Of a DNA stretch of 39,322 nt, positions 8,459 through 21,500 are shown one piece after another (position 1 is the first letter of the stretch; the number at the start of each line of letters is the position of its first letter). The stretch comes from Pyrinomonadaceae bacterium. GTDB lineage: Bacteria; Acidobacteriota; Blastocatellia; Pyrinomonadales; Pyrinomonadaceae. A model generated the notes under the pieces. The model searched no databases, had not been told where the DNA came from, and saw nothing but the letters and a program-made list of their open reading frames with translations. The position numbers were made by a program, and so were the translations under genes. The stretch covers positions 1-39,322 of the forward strand of contig JBAVPI010000698.1 of assembly GCA_049692915.1 (NCBI GenBank), in the 5' to 3' direction.

Positions 8459-9553
8459 TTGCGTAAATACCTGAAATTAGTCGTACTGGCTCTCGTCTCG
8501 TTGATCGTGCTGTGGCTGTTCGCGAGGAATCTCGACCCGGCGGAGGTTTCCGGGGCGATTCGTCGGGCCGACTGGCGTCTGATCGCGGCGGCGGTCGTGG
8601 TCATCTGGCTGACGTACTTGATTCGCGCCTTTCGCTGGAAAGCTTTGCTCGCGCCGCTTGCGCCCCGTGCGAGTTTGAGGGAAATCTTCGCGGCCACGAC
8701 GGTCGGCTTCAGCGCGGTTTTTCTAGTGGGACGCGTGGGCGAAGTCGTGAGGCCCGCCTTCCTCCCCGTGCGTGATACGAAAGTGCGCCCCACAGTCGCC
8801 TTCGTCACCATCGCGGTCGAACGTATTTACGACACGGTGGCCGTCGTCGTTCTCTTCGCCGCGAACCTGCTGGTCTTTCAAGCGCCGGGCGTGTCGGCGA
8901 GCAGCTACGCGCGCGTCCGCGAGGCGGGACTGATTTTGCTCGTGCTGTCGGTCTGCGGCGTCGCCGCGCTCGTCGTCTTCAGGCGCTATGCCGGCGTCTT
9001 GATTCCGTGGGTCGGCGGCGCGGGACGTTCTTCAACTCTGGTGGGGCGCGCCGGTCGAGTGGTGTCGGGGTTGTTGGAACAACTGGCGAGCACGCTCGGC
9101 GTTTTGACGGACGCGCGCGAGTTGATGGTGACGGTTGGCTGGACGGCGCTTTTGTGGGCGACCATTACGCTCGCCAATATGCTCGTCCTGCGCGCCTTCG
9201 GGTTGCCGCTCGGCGTGAGCGAGACGGTGTTCGTGTTGGGCTGGTCGCTCGTCGGGTCGCTTGTGCCGACGCCGGGCGGCGGGGCGGGGACTTACCACGC
9301 GGCGACGGCCTACGGGCTGACGGCCTTTCTCGGCGTCGCCGAAACCGAGGCCAAATCCGCCACCATCGTGCTGCACCTCGTCGTCTTCGGCTCGGCGCTC
9401 TTCTTCGGCCTCTACTACTTCCTGCGCAGCGGCGTCAGCTTCGCCAGCCTGCGCAGTCTCGCGGCTTCGAGCGCGCCTGCGACGAGCGCCGTTGAACTCG
9501 CCCCGCACACGACGCAGGAAGAGTTGCGCGGCGCGGGCGAAGCGCGTGCATGA
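8459..9553 (+). CDS. UPF0104 / lysylphosphatidylglycerol-synthase-TM-region family membrane protein (flippase-like)
   Basis: 364 aa and polytopic. The N-terminus KLVVLALVSLIVLWLFARNLDPAEVSGAIRRADWRLIAAAVVVIWLTYLIRAFRWKALL is typical of this family. TTG start per the track. Confidence 0.78.
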   Translation: MRKYLKLVVLALVSLIVLWLFARNLDPAEVSGAIRRADWRLIAAAVVVIWLTYLIRAFRWKALLAPLAPRASLREIFAATTVGFSAVFLVGRVGEVVRPAFLPVRDTKVRPTVAFVTIAVERIYDTVAVVVLFAANLLVFQAPGVSASSYARVREAGLILLVLSVCGVAALVVFRRYAGVLIPWVGGAGRSSTLVGRAGRVVSGLLEQLASTLGVLTDARELMVTVGWTALLWATITLANMLVLRAFGLPLGVSETVFVLGWSLVGSLVPTPGGGAGTYHAATAYGLTAFLGVAETEAKSATIVLHLVVFGSALFFGLYYFLRSGVSFASLRSLAASSAPATSAVELAPHTTQEELRGAGEARA

Positions 9554-9690
9554 AAGTTAAGGAACTGAGGGGACGGGGCGAAACCTGTCCGCCGCCGCGA
9601 GTTGATGTTTACAGAGCGGGGCGGTTGACCGAATCGAACACGGGTGTTTGGTAAAGGCTTACCATCTTTGACCGGACGGAGTGCGTGCTG

Positions 9691-10161
9691 ATGAGATGCC
9701 CTTTCTGCACTTATTTGGAAGACAAGGTAGTTGATTCGCGCGAGTCGCGCGAGGGCGACGCCATTCGCCGTCGGCGCGAGTGTCTGCGTTGCGAGCGCCG
9801 CTTCACCTCCTATGAACGGATTGACGAAATCCCTTACATGGTCGTCAAGAAGGACGGGCGGCGCGAGCCGTTCGACCGCAACAAGGTGATGTCGGGACTT
9901 TTGCGCGCGTGCGAGAAGCGCCCCGTCCCTTCGGCGAAACTCGACGGCATCGTCAACACCATCGAGAAGTACGTGCAGGAGTCGTCCGAGCGCGAGCGTC
10001 CGACGAGCAAGATCGGCGAGATGATCATGCGCCGCCTCAAGGAACTCGACAAGGTGGCTTATGTCCGCTTCGCCTCGGTCTATCTCGAATTCGAGGACGT
10101 GACCGAATTCATGCACGAGTTGAAAACTCTCGTCCGCACGCGCGCGGCGGCGAAGAAGTAA
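9691..10161 (+). CDS. nrdR: Transcriptional repressor NrdR (zinc ribbon + ATP-cone)
   Basis: [46 protein letters not shown]...[10 protein letters not shown]. The ATG at 9691 has GGAG 9 nt upstream. The track starts two codons earlier, at a GTG at 9685. Confidence 0.93.
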   Translation: MRCPFCTYLEDKVVDSRESREGDAIRRRRECLRCERRFTSYERIDEIPYMVVKKDGRREPFDRNKVMSGLLRACEKRPVPSAKLDGIVNTIEKYVQESSERERPTSKIGEMIMRRLKELDKVAYVRFASVYLEFEDVTEFMHELKTLVRTRAAAKK

Positions 10162-10167
10162 CGAGAG

Positions 10168-10638
10168 ATGAGCAAGACAGTTTCCGCGACCGGCCTTGAA
10201 CGCATCGAGTTGGAGCGTCTGCGAGCACGCGTGGGCCGACTGTTCGCGGCATTGCAGGAGGCATCTGATCTCGTCGCGCCGCCGCTGCCGGGCGCGTGGC
10301 TTCCGCCGGTTGATCTGTGCGAGTCGGAGACGGAAGTGACGCTGTTCGTCGAGTTGCCGGGCGTGCGCGCCGAACATCTGGAAGTGTCTTTGACGCGGAC
10401 GGGATTGCGCATCAGCGGCAGGAAAAAGAAGAGTGCAACGCGCGGCGTCATCTCGCATCTATGTTCAGAGCGTGGCTACGGGCAGTTCGAGCGCGTCATT
10501 CCATTGCGCTGGCCGATTCGCGTCGCGGACGCCGCCGCGGAGTTGAAAAACGGCGTGCTGACGGTGCGCCTGCCGAAGTTGAAAGACCGGCGCGGCGGGG
10601 AATTTAAAATCAAGATTACCGAAGACGACGAGCGTTGA
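10168..10638 (+). CDS. Hsp20/alpha-crystallin small heat-shock protein
   Basis: PPVDLCESETEVTLFVELPGVRAEHLEVSL...ERGYGQFERVIPLRWPI...AELKNGVLTVRLPK is the alpha-crystallin domain pattern. Confidence 0.88.
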   Translation: MSKTVSATGLERIELERLRARVGRLFAALQEASDLVAPPLPGAWLPPVDLCESETEVTLFVELPGVRAEHLEVSLTRTGLRISGRKKKSATRGVISHLCSERGYGQFERVIPLRWPIRVADAAAELKNGVLTVRLPKLKDRRGGEFKIKITEDDER

Positions 10639-13173
<2,535 letters not shown>

Positions 13174-13273
13174 GAGAGCATAAACCCTTGCTCGCGAACC
13201 ATTTAGGCGGGCCTGAATTTAGAGGCTTCGCGGCGAACTCAACGCCCCTCCGGCGCATCTCTATACTGTCACG

Positions 13274-13320
13274 GGCGAAGCGGTTTTAGTGGAAAACTTC
13301 ACCGCTTCGCCGTTTATTTG
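13274..13320 (+). terminator. Rho-independent terminator candidate after lon
   Basis: GGCGAAGCGGT ... ACCGCTTCGCC is an 11-bp stem whose inner loop can also pair (GTTTT/AAAAC). It is followed by GTTTATTTG. Confidence 0.5.
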
Positions 13321-13333
13321 CAAGTACATAAGT

Positions 13334-13362
13334 TTGACACAAATGGCCCCCTGTGATAACCT
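13334..13362 (+). promoter_or_regulatory. Sigma70-like promoter candidate (extended -10) for the transglycosylase gene
   Basis: TTGACA (13334-13339), a 17-nt spacer ending in TGA, then TAACCT (13357-13362). Confidence 0.35.
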
Positions 13363-13496
13363 CCGGCCTGTTTGGCGGCCCCGTTTCCTGCCCCGGCAGG
13401 AAGCCCATCGCGCGGAGCCGTTTCCAATGCCGGGTGTTAACATTCGGATTCAGTTAGTGGATGCCGCTCGTGCGAACTCCCCCGTGAGTCGCCATC

Positions 13497-15293
13497 GTGG
13501 ATTCGCTTCCAGCTCATCAAAGGAGATCGAGATTGAAGAACACGAGCCTCCCCCGCTTTGTCGCCAACGCCGCGCTCGTCGCGGCTTTCGTCGTCCCTTC
13601 GTTCACGCTTCGGGCACAAGTTACAACGCAATCATCCCTCCGCAATACGCCCAACGAGATCGAGCGTGAAGACCCGCGCGTCCAGCAACTCGTGACGCGC
13701 GCCGAAGACCATTTTAAGCTCGGACAACTGAACCTGAACGACAACAAGCGCGAAGCGGCGCGTCAGGAATTCGACAAGGCCGTGGATACGGTGCTCGAAT
13801 CCGGCATGGACGTGCGCTCGAATCCGCGCCTGCAAAGGTACTATCTCGAACTCGTCGAGCGCGTCTATCGCATCGAAGTCCCCTCGCAGGGTGTGGCCGT
13901 CGCGCAGAACGGCGTGAGTTACGTCGAGGTGGCGCAGAACGGCAACCAGCAGATGCCCGCCGCGCCTCCGCAGATCGGTTTCGCCGAGCAGAAGTTTGAG
14001 CCGTCGCCGCTCGACGAGTTGAGCAAACTCGTCCTGACCGCGGAGGAGAAGGAAGTCTCGCCGGAGAAGGTCGCCGAGTTGGAAGACGAGATCAACAGCA
14101 CGCTCGACTTCAAATTCAAGGCGCACCCGCTCGTTCAGCAGTACATCAACTATTATCAGGGCCGCGGTCGCGCGACGATGGAGACGGGTATCCGCCGTTC
14201 AGGTCAGTACCTGTGGCTCGCGCGCCAGATTTTCCGCGAGGAAGGCGTGCCCGAAGACATCGCTTGGCTCTGTCAGGTGGAAAGCTCTTGGCGTCCGACC
14301 GCTCGCTCGTGGGCGGCGGCTTCCGGCCTCTGGCAGTTCATCCCCGGCACGGGCGCGCGCTTCGGTCTGCGCCAGACCGCTTGGGTTGACGAGCGCAACA
14401 GCTACGAGAAGGCGACGCGCGCCTCCGCGAAATATCTGAAATGGCTCTCGAACCGCTACGGCGGTAACTGGGAACTCGCGATGGCCGCCTACAACACGGG
14501 CGAGGGCAACATTGATCGCGCGATTGGACGCGCGGGCGTCTCCGACTTCTGGACGATCTATCCCTACATCGCGCAGGAGACGCGCAACTACGTGCCGAAC
14601 ATTCTCGCGACGATTCTCGTCTCGAAGAGTCCGGACAAGTACGGCTTCCGCAACGTCCAGCGAATGGCCCCGCTCAAGTGGGATTTGGTGAGCGTGCCTT
14701 CGGCCACGAGCCTGCAATTAATCGCCAGCTTGACCGATACGAATGTTGACTATCTGCGTAGTCTCAATCCGGAACTGCGCCGCGACGTGACGCCGCGCGG
14801 CGAGTCCTACGCGGTTCGCGTGCCGCCCGGTCGTGGTCGTCAGTTCGTTGCGCTGCTCAAGCGCATCCCCGTCGAGCGTCGCGAGCAGTTGGCGCGCGTC
14901 ATCTCCGTCGCGCCCGGCGAAGACCTACAGGCGGTGGCCGCGCGCACCGGCACGAGCGTCGCCCAACTTCAACAATGGAACGGCGGCACTGACCTCAACG
15001 GCGGCGGCAAGATTCTCGTCCCGGCGGGCGGCAACGTCTTGAAGACCGGCAAGATTTACGAGCGCGCCAGCAGCAGTGGTTCGTCAACGACCGCGCCGGG
15101 CAGCAGCCTGATGACCTACACGGCGAAGGGCGGCGAGACAATCGCTCAGATCGCCGCGCGCTATCACGCCTCCGTGGATGATGTCGCGCGTCTCAACGGC
15201 GCTGACGCCAACGCGCCGCTGGCACGCGGGCGACAGATCAAGGTTCCGACTTCCGGCAACGCTCCGGCCTCCGCCGCGCCGCGCCGCCGTTAA
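13497..15293 (+). CDS. Membrane-bound lytic murein transglycosylase (SLT domain) with two C-terminal LysM repeats, MltD-like
   Basis: The SLT catalytic block is LCQVESSWRPTARSWAAASGLWQFIPGTGARFGL...AYNTGEGNIDRAI. The LysM-like repeats are VAPGEDLQAVAARTGTSVAQLQQWNG and YTAKGGETIAQIAARYHASVDDVARLNG. There is an N-terminal signal/anchor. Confidence 0.88.
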   Translation: MDSLPAHQRRSRLKNTSLPRFVANAALVAAFVVPSFTLRAQVTTQSSLRNTPNEIEREDPRVQQLVTRAEDHFKLGQLNLNDNKREAARQEFDKAVDTVLESGMDVRSNPRLQRYYLELVERVYRIEVPSQGVAVAQNGVSYVEVAQNGNQQMPAAPPQIGFAEQKFEPSPLDELSKLVLTAEEKEVSPEKVAELEDEINSTLDFKFKAHPLVQQYINYYQGRGRATMETGIRRSGQYLWLARQIFREEGVPEDIAWLCQVESSWRPTARSWAAASGLWQFIPGTGARFGLRQTAWVDERNSYEKATRASAKYLKWLSNRYGGNWELAMAAYNTGEGNIDRAIGRAGVSDFWTIYPYIAQETRNYVPNILATILVSKSPDKYGFRNVQRMAPLKWDLVSVPSATSLQLIASLTDTNVDYLRSLNPELRRDVTPRGESYAVRVPPGRGRQFVALLKRIPVERREQLARVISVAPGEDLQAVAARTGTSVAQLQQWNGGTDLNGGGKILVPAGGNVLKTGKIYERASSSGSSTTAPGSSLMTYTAKGGETIAQIAARYHASVDDVARLNGADANAPLARGRQIKVPTSGNAPASAAPRRR

Positions 15294-15350
15294 AGTATAG
15301 TTTGGCGCAGACCGCTTAACCTCGCGGTCGGCGCGCGGACGTTAACCCGA

Positions 15351-15398
15351 AGCGCGCTCGCGGACTGAACAGTCCCGAAGCGCGCTTGTTCTATTTTT
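15351..15398 (+). terminator. Rho-independent terminator candidate after the transglycosylase gene
   Basis: Two copies of the self-complementary octamer AGCGCGCT (15351-58 and 15379-86) can pair around an inner GGACT/AGTCC stem. TGTTCTATTTTT follows. Confidence 0.5.
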
Positions 15399-15483
15399 CC
15401 CTCGCACGTTCTCAAACCGTCGGCCATCAACGTTCGCATAACTGCTCCGTGCCCTACCTCGCGGTGCGTGAGTCCTCACGCTT

Positions 15484-16641
15484 ATGCTATTCAGAACACA
15501 ATCAGCCGCCGTCTACGGCATTGACGCAGACCTCGTTGACATCGAAGTTGACCTCAGCCCTGCGCGCGGCGAATCCGACTCGCCGTCGTCCGTGACCATC
15601 GTCGGCCTTCCCGACCTCGCCGTACGCGAGTCGCGCGAGCGCATCCGCGCCGCGATCAACAACAGCGCCTTCTTCTTTCCCTTTCACAAGACGACCATCA
15701 ACCTCGCGCCCGCAGACGTGCGCAAAGAGGGGGCGAGTTTTGATTTGCCGATTGCCCTCGGCATCCTCGGCGCGAACGGCGACCTCGGCGAAGGGGGCGA
15801 CTTGACGGATGTGCTCTCGGTCGGCGAACTCTCGCTCGACGGGCGCGTGCGTCCCATCCGCGGCGCTTTGCCGGTCGCCATCCGCGCGCGTGACGCGGGC
15901 ATCAAGTCGCTCCTGTTGCCGGAAGAGAACGCCAGCGAAGCGGCGGTCGTGGCGGGCGTGGACGTGTACTCCGTAGCGACATTGCGCGGCGCAGTCGAAC
16001 TCATCGCGGCCCTGCAAGTTAAAGGCGACGACCCCAGACGTCCTTCGCCAATCGCCGTTGATACTTCCGACCTCTTCTCGTCCAGAGCCGATACGGGCGT
16101 CGACTTCCGCGAAGTTTGCGGGCAACTGTCCGCCAAACGTGCGCTCGAAGTGGCAAGCGCCGGTTCACACAACATCCTTCTCATCGGCCCGCCCGGCTCC
16201 GGGAAGACGATGCTCGCCAAGCGTCTGCCGACGATTCTGCCGCCGCTCGAATTCGAGGCCGCGCTGGAGTTGACCAAAATTCATTCGGTCGCAGGATTGA
16301 CGGGACGCACCGGCCTCGTCACAGATCGTCCCTTTCGCTCACCACATCACACCATCAGCGACGCCGGACTGATCGGCGGCGGGGCCGTCCCGCGCCCCGG
16401 CGAAGTCTCGCTCGCGCATCACGGCGTCCTCTTTCTAGACGAGTTACCGGAGTTCGACCGCAGCGTCCTCGAAGTTTTGCGCCAGCCGCTCGAAGACCAA
16501 CGCGTGACGATCAGCCGCGCCGCGATGTCTCTGACGTTTCCCGCATCCTTCATGCTCGCGGCGGCGATGAACCCTTGTGGTTGTGTTGCCCTTTTGCCAC
16601 TTGGGCCGATGCGCTCGGCAAATAATCAAGCTCAATGGTGA
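15484..16641 (+). pseudogene. comM: comM/yifB (Mg-chelatase-like AAA+ competence helicase), 5' about 3/4 only, disrupted by island insertion
   Basis: Lon-like N-domain ([13 protein letters not shown]), Walker [15 protein letters not shown], Walker [12 protein letters not shown], then ...[10 protein letters not shown]. After that come 20 unrelated codons and a stop. The ORF is 385 aa, whereas family members are about 500 aa, and the C-terminal Mg_chelatase_C part is missing from the window. Confidence 0.85.
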
Positions 16642-18076
16642 TGTCCTTCGTACCGACCACGACCTTTTCAACCGTATTCTCAACGATCTGCCGCCGCTCC
16701 TCTGGCTTGAGATTTCCCCAGTTGAGATAAATGCGCTTGCCGGTCTCTACCATTCCATCGGGTGCGAACAGTGCGCGCTCGAGGTGCTCAATCTCGCCTT
16801 GCAGGATCGGCATCTGCTCCCCTATCGCCTCTGCTTGCTCCTCAAGCGGCTTGTACTGCGCGCCAAAACCTTCGCCGCTGATCTGCTCATCCAAGTACAG
16901 CCGCAGAAGCTTGTCCATGTCGCGTTTCATCTGCTTGGCTTTGGCAGTGAGCGATGACAGCAACGCCCGCTTGCCGGAAAGCGCTTCATCGGCCTTTTCC
17001 ATGTAGCGCATAATTTCCTTCGGTGACAAAAAGAAGTTTTGTAGTTCCTTGCAGTACACCTCTTCCAGGTCTATCACCGGTATCTTGTTCCGGCAGGCAA
17101 AGCAGATGTACTTGGGGCTATTGGAGGGAACATAGAGCTTTGTTCCACACTGGCAGTAGGCGAGTCCGGCAAAGAGATGCACGGGCTTTTTTGTGCTAAA
17201 GCGCGGCTGCTGTTTTTGAGCGCGCAGTATCTCGCTGCACTGCTGCCATAGCTCCTCGGAAACGATTGGCTCGACACCGATGAACACCCACTGATCCTCT
17301 GGCTTCATCACCCAGTGTTTTTTCTCACCGAGGCTCCGCGTGTAGTTGGCGCGCCGCTGCCCCTTTGCTATAGGGTCGCGCAGCAGCCGGTCAACCGTGG
17401 TATCGGAAAATCGCCCGCCGCCTCTGGTGCGGTGACCTGCTTCATTGAGGAGCCGAGCCACGGTCTTTTTGCGGCGGTGCTGTAGATAGAGTTCGTACAT
17501 GAGCCGCCTGACCGGTGCTTCGCTCTGGTCAATGATAAGCCTGCGTTCATGCCACCGGTAGCCAAACGGGGCAGCGCCGCCTAAGGGCTTACCGAGGCGT
17601 GCGCGCACGGGGACGGATGCGGCCACGCGTTCGGCGATCTCTTCGCGCTCAAACTGCGTGAGGGCGGCCTGTACGGTGAAGAACATCCGGCCAGCAGGAC
17701 TTGAAGTGTCAATCGCTTCGGCCAGCGAAATTAAATCTGCTCCGAGGTCTTTGAAGATGTCTGCCATGTCGAGCAGCTCTTTGGTGTTACGAGCGAGGCG
17801 GGCAAGCTTTGAGAATATCAGCCCGGAGATGCGTTTGTTTTGAATGTCACTAAGCATCCGCTCCGCCTCTGAGTGATGCATGACTGACTTGCCGGAGACG
17901 GCTTCCAAGTGATACACGGTCACTACCTGCCAGCCTTTGGCCTCGGCGTAGTAGCGGGCGCGCTGCTCGTGGTGCTCGGGGCTATCGCCTTCAGCCTGAT
18001 CGTGCGTTGAGACGCGCACCCAAATGCCGACGCGCTTTGCACCGTCGGTTTGCGGGTGTTGTGCAGTTAATTCCAT
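16550..18076 (-). CDS. Large serine recombinase (integrase)
   Basis: 508 aa. The resolvase catalytic domain is [15 protein letters not shown]...[19 protein letters not shown]...[40 protein letters not shown]. The recombinase domain is [14 protein letters not shown], the zinc ribbon is [24 protein letters not shown], and a coiled-coil tail follows. GGAAGGAG lies upstream of the ATG at 18076. Confidence 0.93.
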   Translation of the reverse strand: MELTAQHPQTDGAKRVGIWVRVSTHDQAEGDSPEHHEQRARYYAEAKGWQVVTVYHLEAVSGKSVMHHSEAERMLSDIQNKRISGLIFSKLARLARNTKELLDMADIFKDLGADLISLAEAIDTSSPAGRMFFTVQAALTQFEREEIAERVAASVPVRARLGKPLGGAAPFGYRWHERRLIIDQSEAPVRRLMYELYLQHRRKKTVARLLNEAGHRTRGGGRFSDTTVDRLLRDPIAKGQRRANYTRSLGEKKHWVMKPEDQWVFIGVEPIVSEELWQQCSEILRAQKQQPRFSTKKPVHLFAGLAYCQCGTKLYVPSNSPKYICFACRNKIPVIDLEEVYCKELQNFFLSPKEIMRYMEKADEALSGKRALLSSLTAKAKQMKRDMDKLLRLYLDEQISGEGFGAQYKPLEEQAEAIGEQMPILQGEIEHLERALFAPDGMVETGKRIYLNWGNLKPEERRQIVENTVEKVVVGTKDITIELDYLPSASAQVAKGQHNHKGSSPPRA

Positions 18077-18079
18077 ACC

Positions 18080-18247
18080 CTACGCTCCTTCCCCTACTAC
18101 AGAAGGCAACGTGCCTTCCCGCTGCATTGCCGCAAGCATGACGCCTGCGATGGCGCTCATTTTCATCTCAGCCTCAAGGTCCGAGGGCACCCTGTACCGC
18201 ACCGAGATTCGGCGCTCCTGACCCTTGGATTTTTGACGTGAATCCAT
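18080..18247 (-). CDS. 55-aa ORF translationally coupled to the integrase (possible directionality or regulatory factor)
   Basis: Too short for the track. My translation is MDSRQKSKGQERRISVRYRVPSDLEAEMKMSAIAGVMLAAMQREGTLPSVVGEGA*. Its TAG lies 3 nt before the integrase ATG, and the integrase SD lies within its last codons. Confidence 0.35.
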   Translation of the reverse strand: MDSRQKSKGQERRISVRYRVPSDLEAEMKMSAIAGVMLAAMQREGTLPSVVGEGA

Positions 18248-18428
18248 AGTGAAATGTTACTGATAAACCCAAACGTGGTGAACGTTCGTACTCCTGTACT
18301 ATAGCACTTTTAGGCTTGCTTGTCTAGGGGTAAATGGGTACAAATAAACGAGTTACAGGCTTATGGGAAGTTGGTGGGAACACTTTTTGATGTGCTTGTA
18401 AGGGAAGTTAAGGAGATCTAAAATTCGC

Positions 18429-18458
18429 TTCACAAAGAACTATAATTCAAGGTATATT
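18429..18458 (+). promoter_or_regulatory. Sigma70-like promoter candidate for the 1065-aa gene
   Basis: TTCACA (18429-34), an 18-nt spacer, then TATATT (18453-58). A second TATAAT lies at 18441-46. This is the AT-rich divergent region between the integrase module and the large gene. Confidence 0.3.
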
Positions 18459-18528
18459 GCGCCTTCGTATAGACGTAATACAGTGCAGCCACCTGTTCTC
18501 ACCATCCAATCCGAAAGGCTGTTTATCT

Positions 18529-21500
18529 ATGTCTTGGCTAAAAAAACTCTTAAACCCAAACTATCAACAGAAATCTCAACCTGAGCCAACTGGGTCAATC
18601 AACCAAGCAGAGCCGGAAGCAAACCCTGACTATGACCTCATGGCGTCAGTACGAGAATTTGAAGAAATGGAGCGATTAAGGCAGCTTGATGATTTGCGCG
18701 CCGCCTATGGCGAAACGCTTATCATGCTTATTGATCGCCACATTCTGCAAAGAATTGATCGACAAAAAATCTTTGAGCGCCTCGCGCCACCTCCACGTAA
18801 CTTTACCGATGACGCTTCATCGCTCAATGTCATAAAAGTACTGCCGCCGCCCGAAGCTACTTTCGCTGATATGGGACGATTCTGGAATAACCTCCGCGTA
18901 TTCCGGCAACCCTTATCCTTCACCCTCATATCAAGACCGGAACGCATGTTTTTTCGTCTCACTGTCCCTCAAGGTTGCGGCGAGGCCGTAGAAGAACAAT
19001 TAGCAATTCATTTCCCCGCTGCAGTTCCGCTTGTGCCGTCTGAAGACGAACGATGGATGCCTGAGTCGCTGTACTGCGTAAATTTCGCGCCCAAATTTAG
19101 CACCCAGTTTCTCGATCATTCATTTGTCAGTCGCGACCCTTACGCGCAACTATTTTCCACGCTCGACTCCCGCGCTTTCAATGAGGCGGTGGCCGTTCAA
19201 ATTAACAGTTGCCCGCTTCCTGACGACGCACTCGACCAGCTCACGCAGGTAATGAAATGGGAAGACCCTGGGATTCCCTATGAGGTATTCGAGCCATTCG
19301 CCGACGGCATGTGGAGCAGCATTATGCAAGGGGGACTTGATGAGCACCGAAGGGGCACACGTGAATTCTATGAGGGCCTCATCAAGGGCATTGACCGCAG
19401 TCACTACGAGGTAGCAGCTCCTCTGAGACAAGCGCTCTGGCAAGAACTCGCCAGGCAGAAAAAACTGAAAGAAGAATGCGCCGAGATGATTAAGCGTATA
19501 GAGCGGAAAGAGCCGCCTTGGGTCGCTTGCGTCAATGTATACTGCGAACAGATCGAAGTGGCGCGGATGCTGCAACAGTCATTCTTACGGCAGTACGAAA
19601 CGACGGAGCAGCGCTGGGAAGAGATAACGGTAACAACGGAACATTATGACCCTTTGGATCATCCCATTTTCAATTGGTCGCTGGTATCCACAGAAGAACT
19701 TACCAGCCTCGCCCATTTCCCAGCCAGAGGTGTCACCAGTCCCCGTTTAGAAGGGGCATCAATGAAGTCGAAGTTGCCGCCGGAAAGCTTTACTACCGGT
19801 GAGGTGCAGATTGGCGTGAGCGAAGCACGCGGCCAAGTTATGCCCGTCTCCATTCCTGATAGCGTGCGTGCCCGCCACCTTTATATCGTGGGAAAGAGCG
19901 GCAGCGGCAAATCAACTCTGATAACTAATATCGCCGTGCAGGACATTGAACGCGGCGAAGGTGTCTGCGTCATTGACCCGCACGGTGATCTTGTCTCTGA
20001 CCTGCTCGACCACATCCCAGAGTATCGCATCAAAGATACGATCTACTTCAACGTCTCTGACCGCGCCCACCCTATCGGCCTCGATATGATGAGCGCCAAG
20101 AACGAAGCCGAGATAGAGATACTGACCGACGATCTGATTACTACCTTTCGCAGGCTCACCGAGACGTGGGGCGAGCGCATGGAAACGATCTTGCGCTACG
20201 CCTTCAACACGCTCCTCCGCACCCCGGGCGCGACCTTTTTAGACCTTCAAAAGCTCCTCACTAATGAGGGTTGGCGCTCAACTGTTGTACGCAAGATCAA
20301 CTTCGCCCCGCTGACCGACTTCTGGTTTAACCAGTTCGCCAACATGCCGAAGGATGCGACACAGCCGCTACTCTCGCGCATGACCAAGATTGTGCTCTCT
20401 CCGACCCTAAACGCCATCTTCGGCCAGTCACAGAACACGCTTAACTTCAATGACGTGATCCGCAATCGAAAAATACTGCTCATTAATCTCGGAGGCGATA
20501 GCCGGGACCGAAACAACGAGCAGCTTTCTGTTAGCGACGAGATGAAAAAGCTCATCGGCTCTGTCGTCGTTTCGCAGCTTCAACTTGCTGCGATGAGGCA
20601 GGCCAGCATCCCGGAAGAGAAGCGCGTGCCGTGCCGATTCTTCGTTGACGAGTTCCAGAATTTTGTCTCAGGAGCCTTCCCCAAGATTTTAAGTGAAGCG
20701 AGAAAGTACAAGTTGTCGCTGACGGTCGCCCACCAGTACATCTCGCAGCTTGATGAGGCCACGCGCAACGCCGTCTTCGGTAATGTTGGAACGATGATCG
20801 TTATGCCGCTCGGGCAGAAAGACGCGTCCTACTTAGGAGCCGAGTTAGGCGCGTACAAGCCGGAAGACGTGGCGAACCTTTCCCCAGAGCGCCACGAGGC
20901 GCTGTGCCGACCAACGACCATGGCCGCCGATACCTTTTTATTTAGGACGCTCGCCCCAGCCCCCATCACACAGAGTTTCGCCCAGGCAGTCATTGAGCAT
21001 ACAAGGGCTGAGTACAGTACGACGGACGCCGGTGAGGATGTCTTAGAGTTGCCCGCTCCTACCCTGCAGGAATCGGCAATCGCTAAACGACCGATGCGAG
21101 AGACGGAAAAGGTTTTCGCCTCGACTGTAGAGAAGATTTTGCATTTCATCTCACTCGCCGGTTACCTCACGACCGCTCAGATTATCGAGTTGTGCTATTC
21201 GCACTTGGCCGAGACTTCAAAGCGTCCGGCGGCGAGCCGCGACTTGAAGAAACTCACGGATGCGAAAAAACTAAAATCCATTAATTGGGGCGACGGCAAG
21301 GTTTTCTACGCCGGCGGCCAGTGCAATCCGACTGCACACAATGTCGCCATCCGCGATATTCTCATCAGGATTTTGCAGTCAGGATATGAGGCCGCGGAAG
21401 TCAATTTCTCGTCGAGCATCGGCGCGCTATCCCCTGATCTGCTGGTAACGTTTTTGTGTGAGGACGGATCACTCCTTCCCACCTATTGGGAATATGACAC

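Noticed and set aside
8191-8811. 206-aa minus-strand ORF spanning the sigma/UPF0104 intergenic region
   Set aside because: It overlaps the promoter region and the 5' end of the convincing UPF0104 membrane protein gene. It has no motif and an odd composition.
15502-16277. 207-aa and 197-aa minus-strand ORFs antisense to comM
   Set aside because: Same reasoning: the ComM motifs are in the plus frame.
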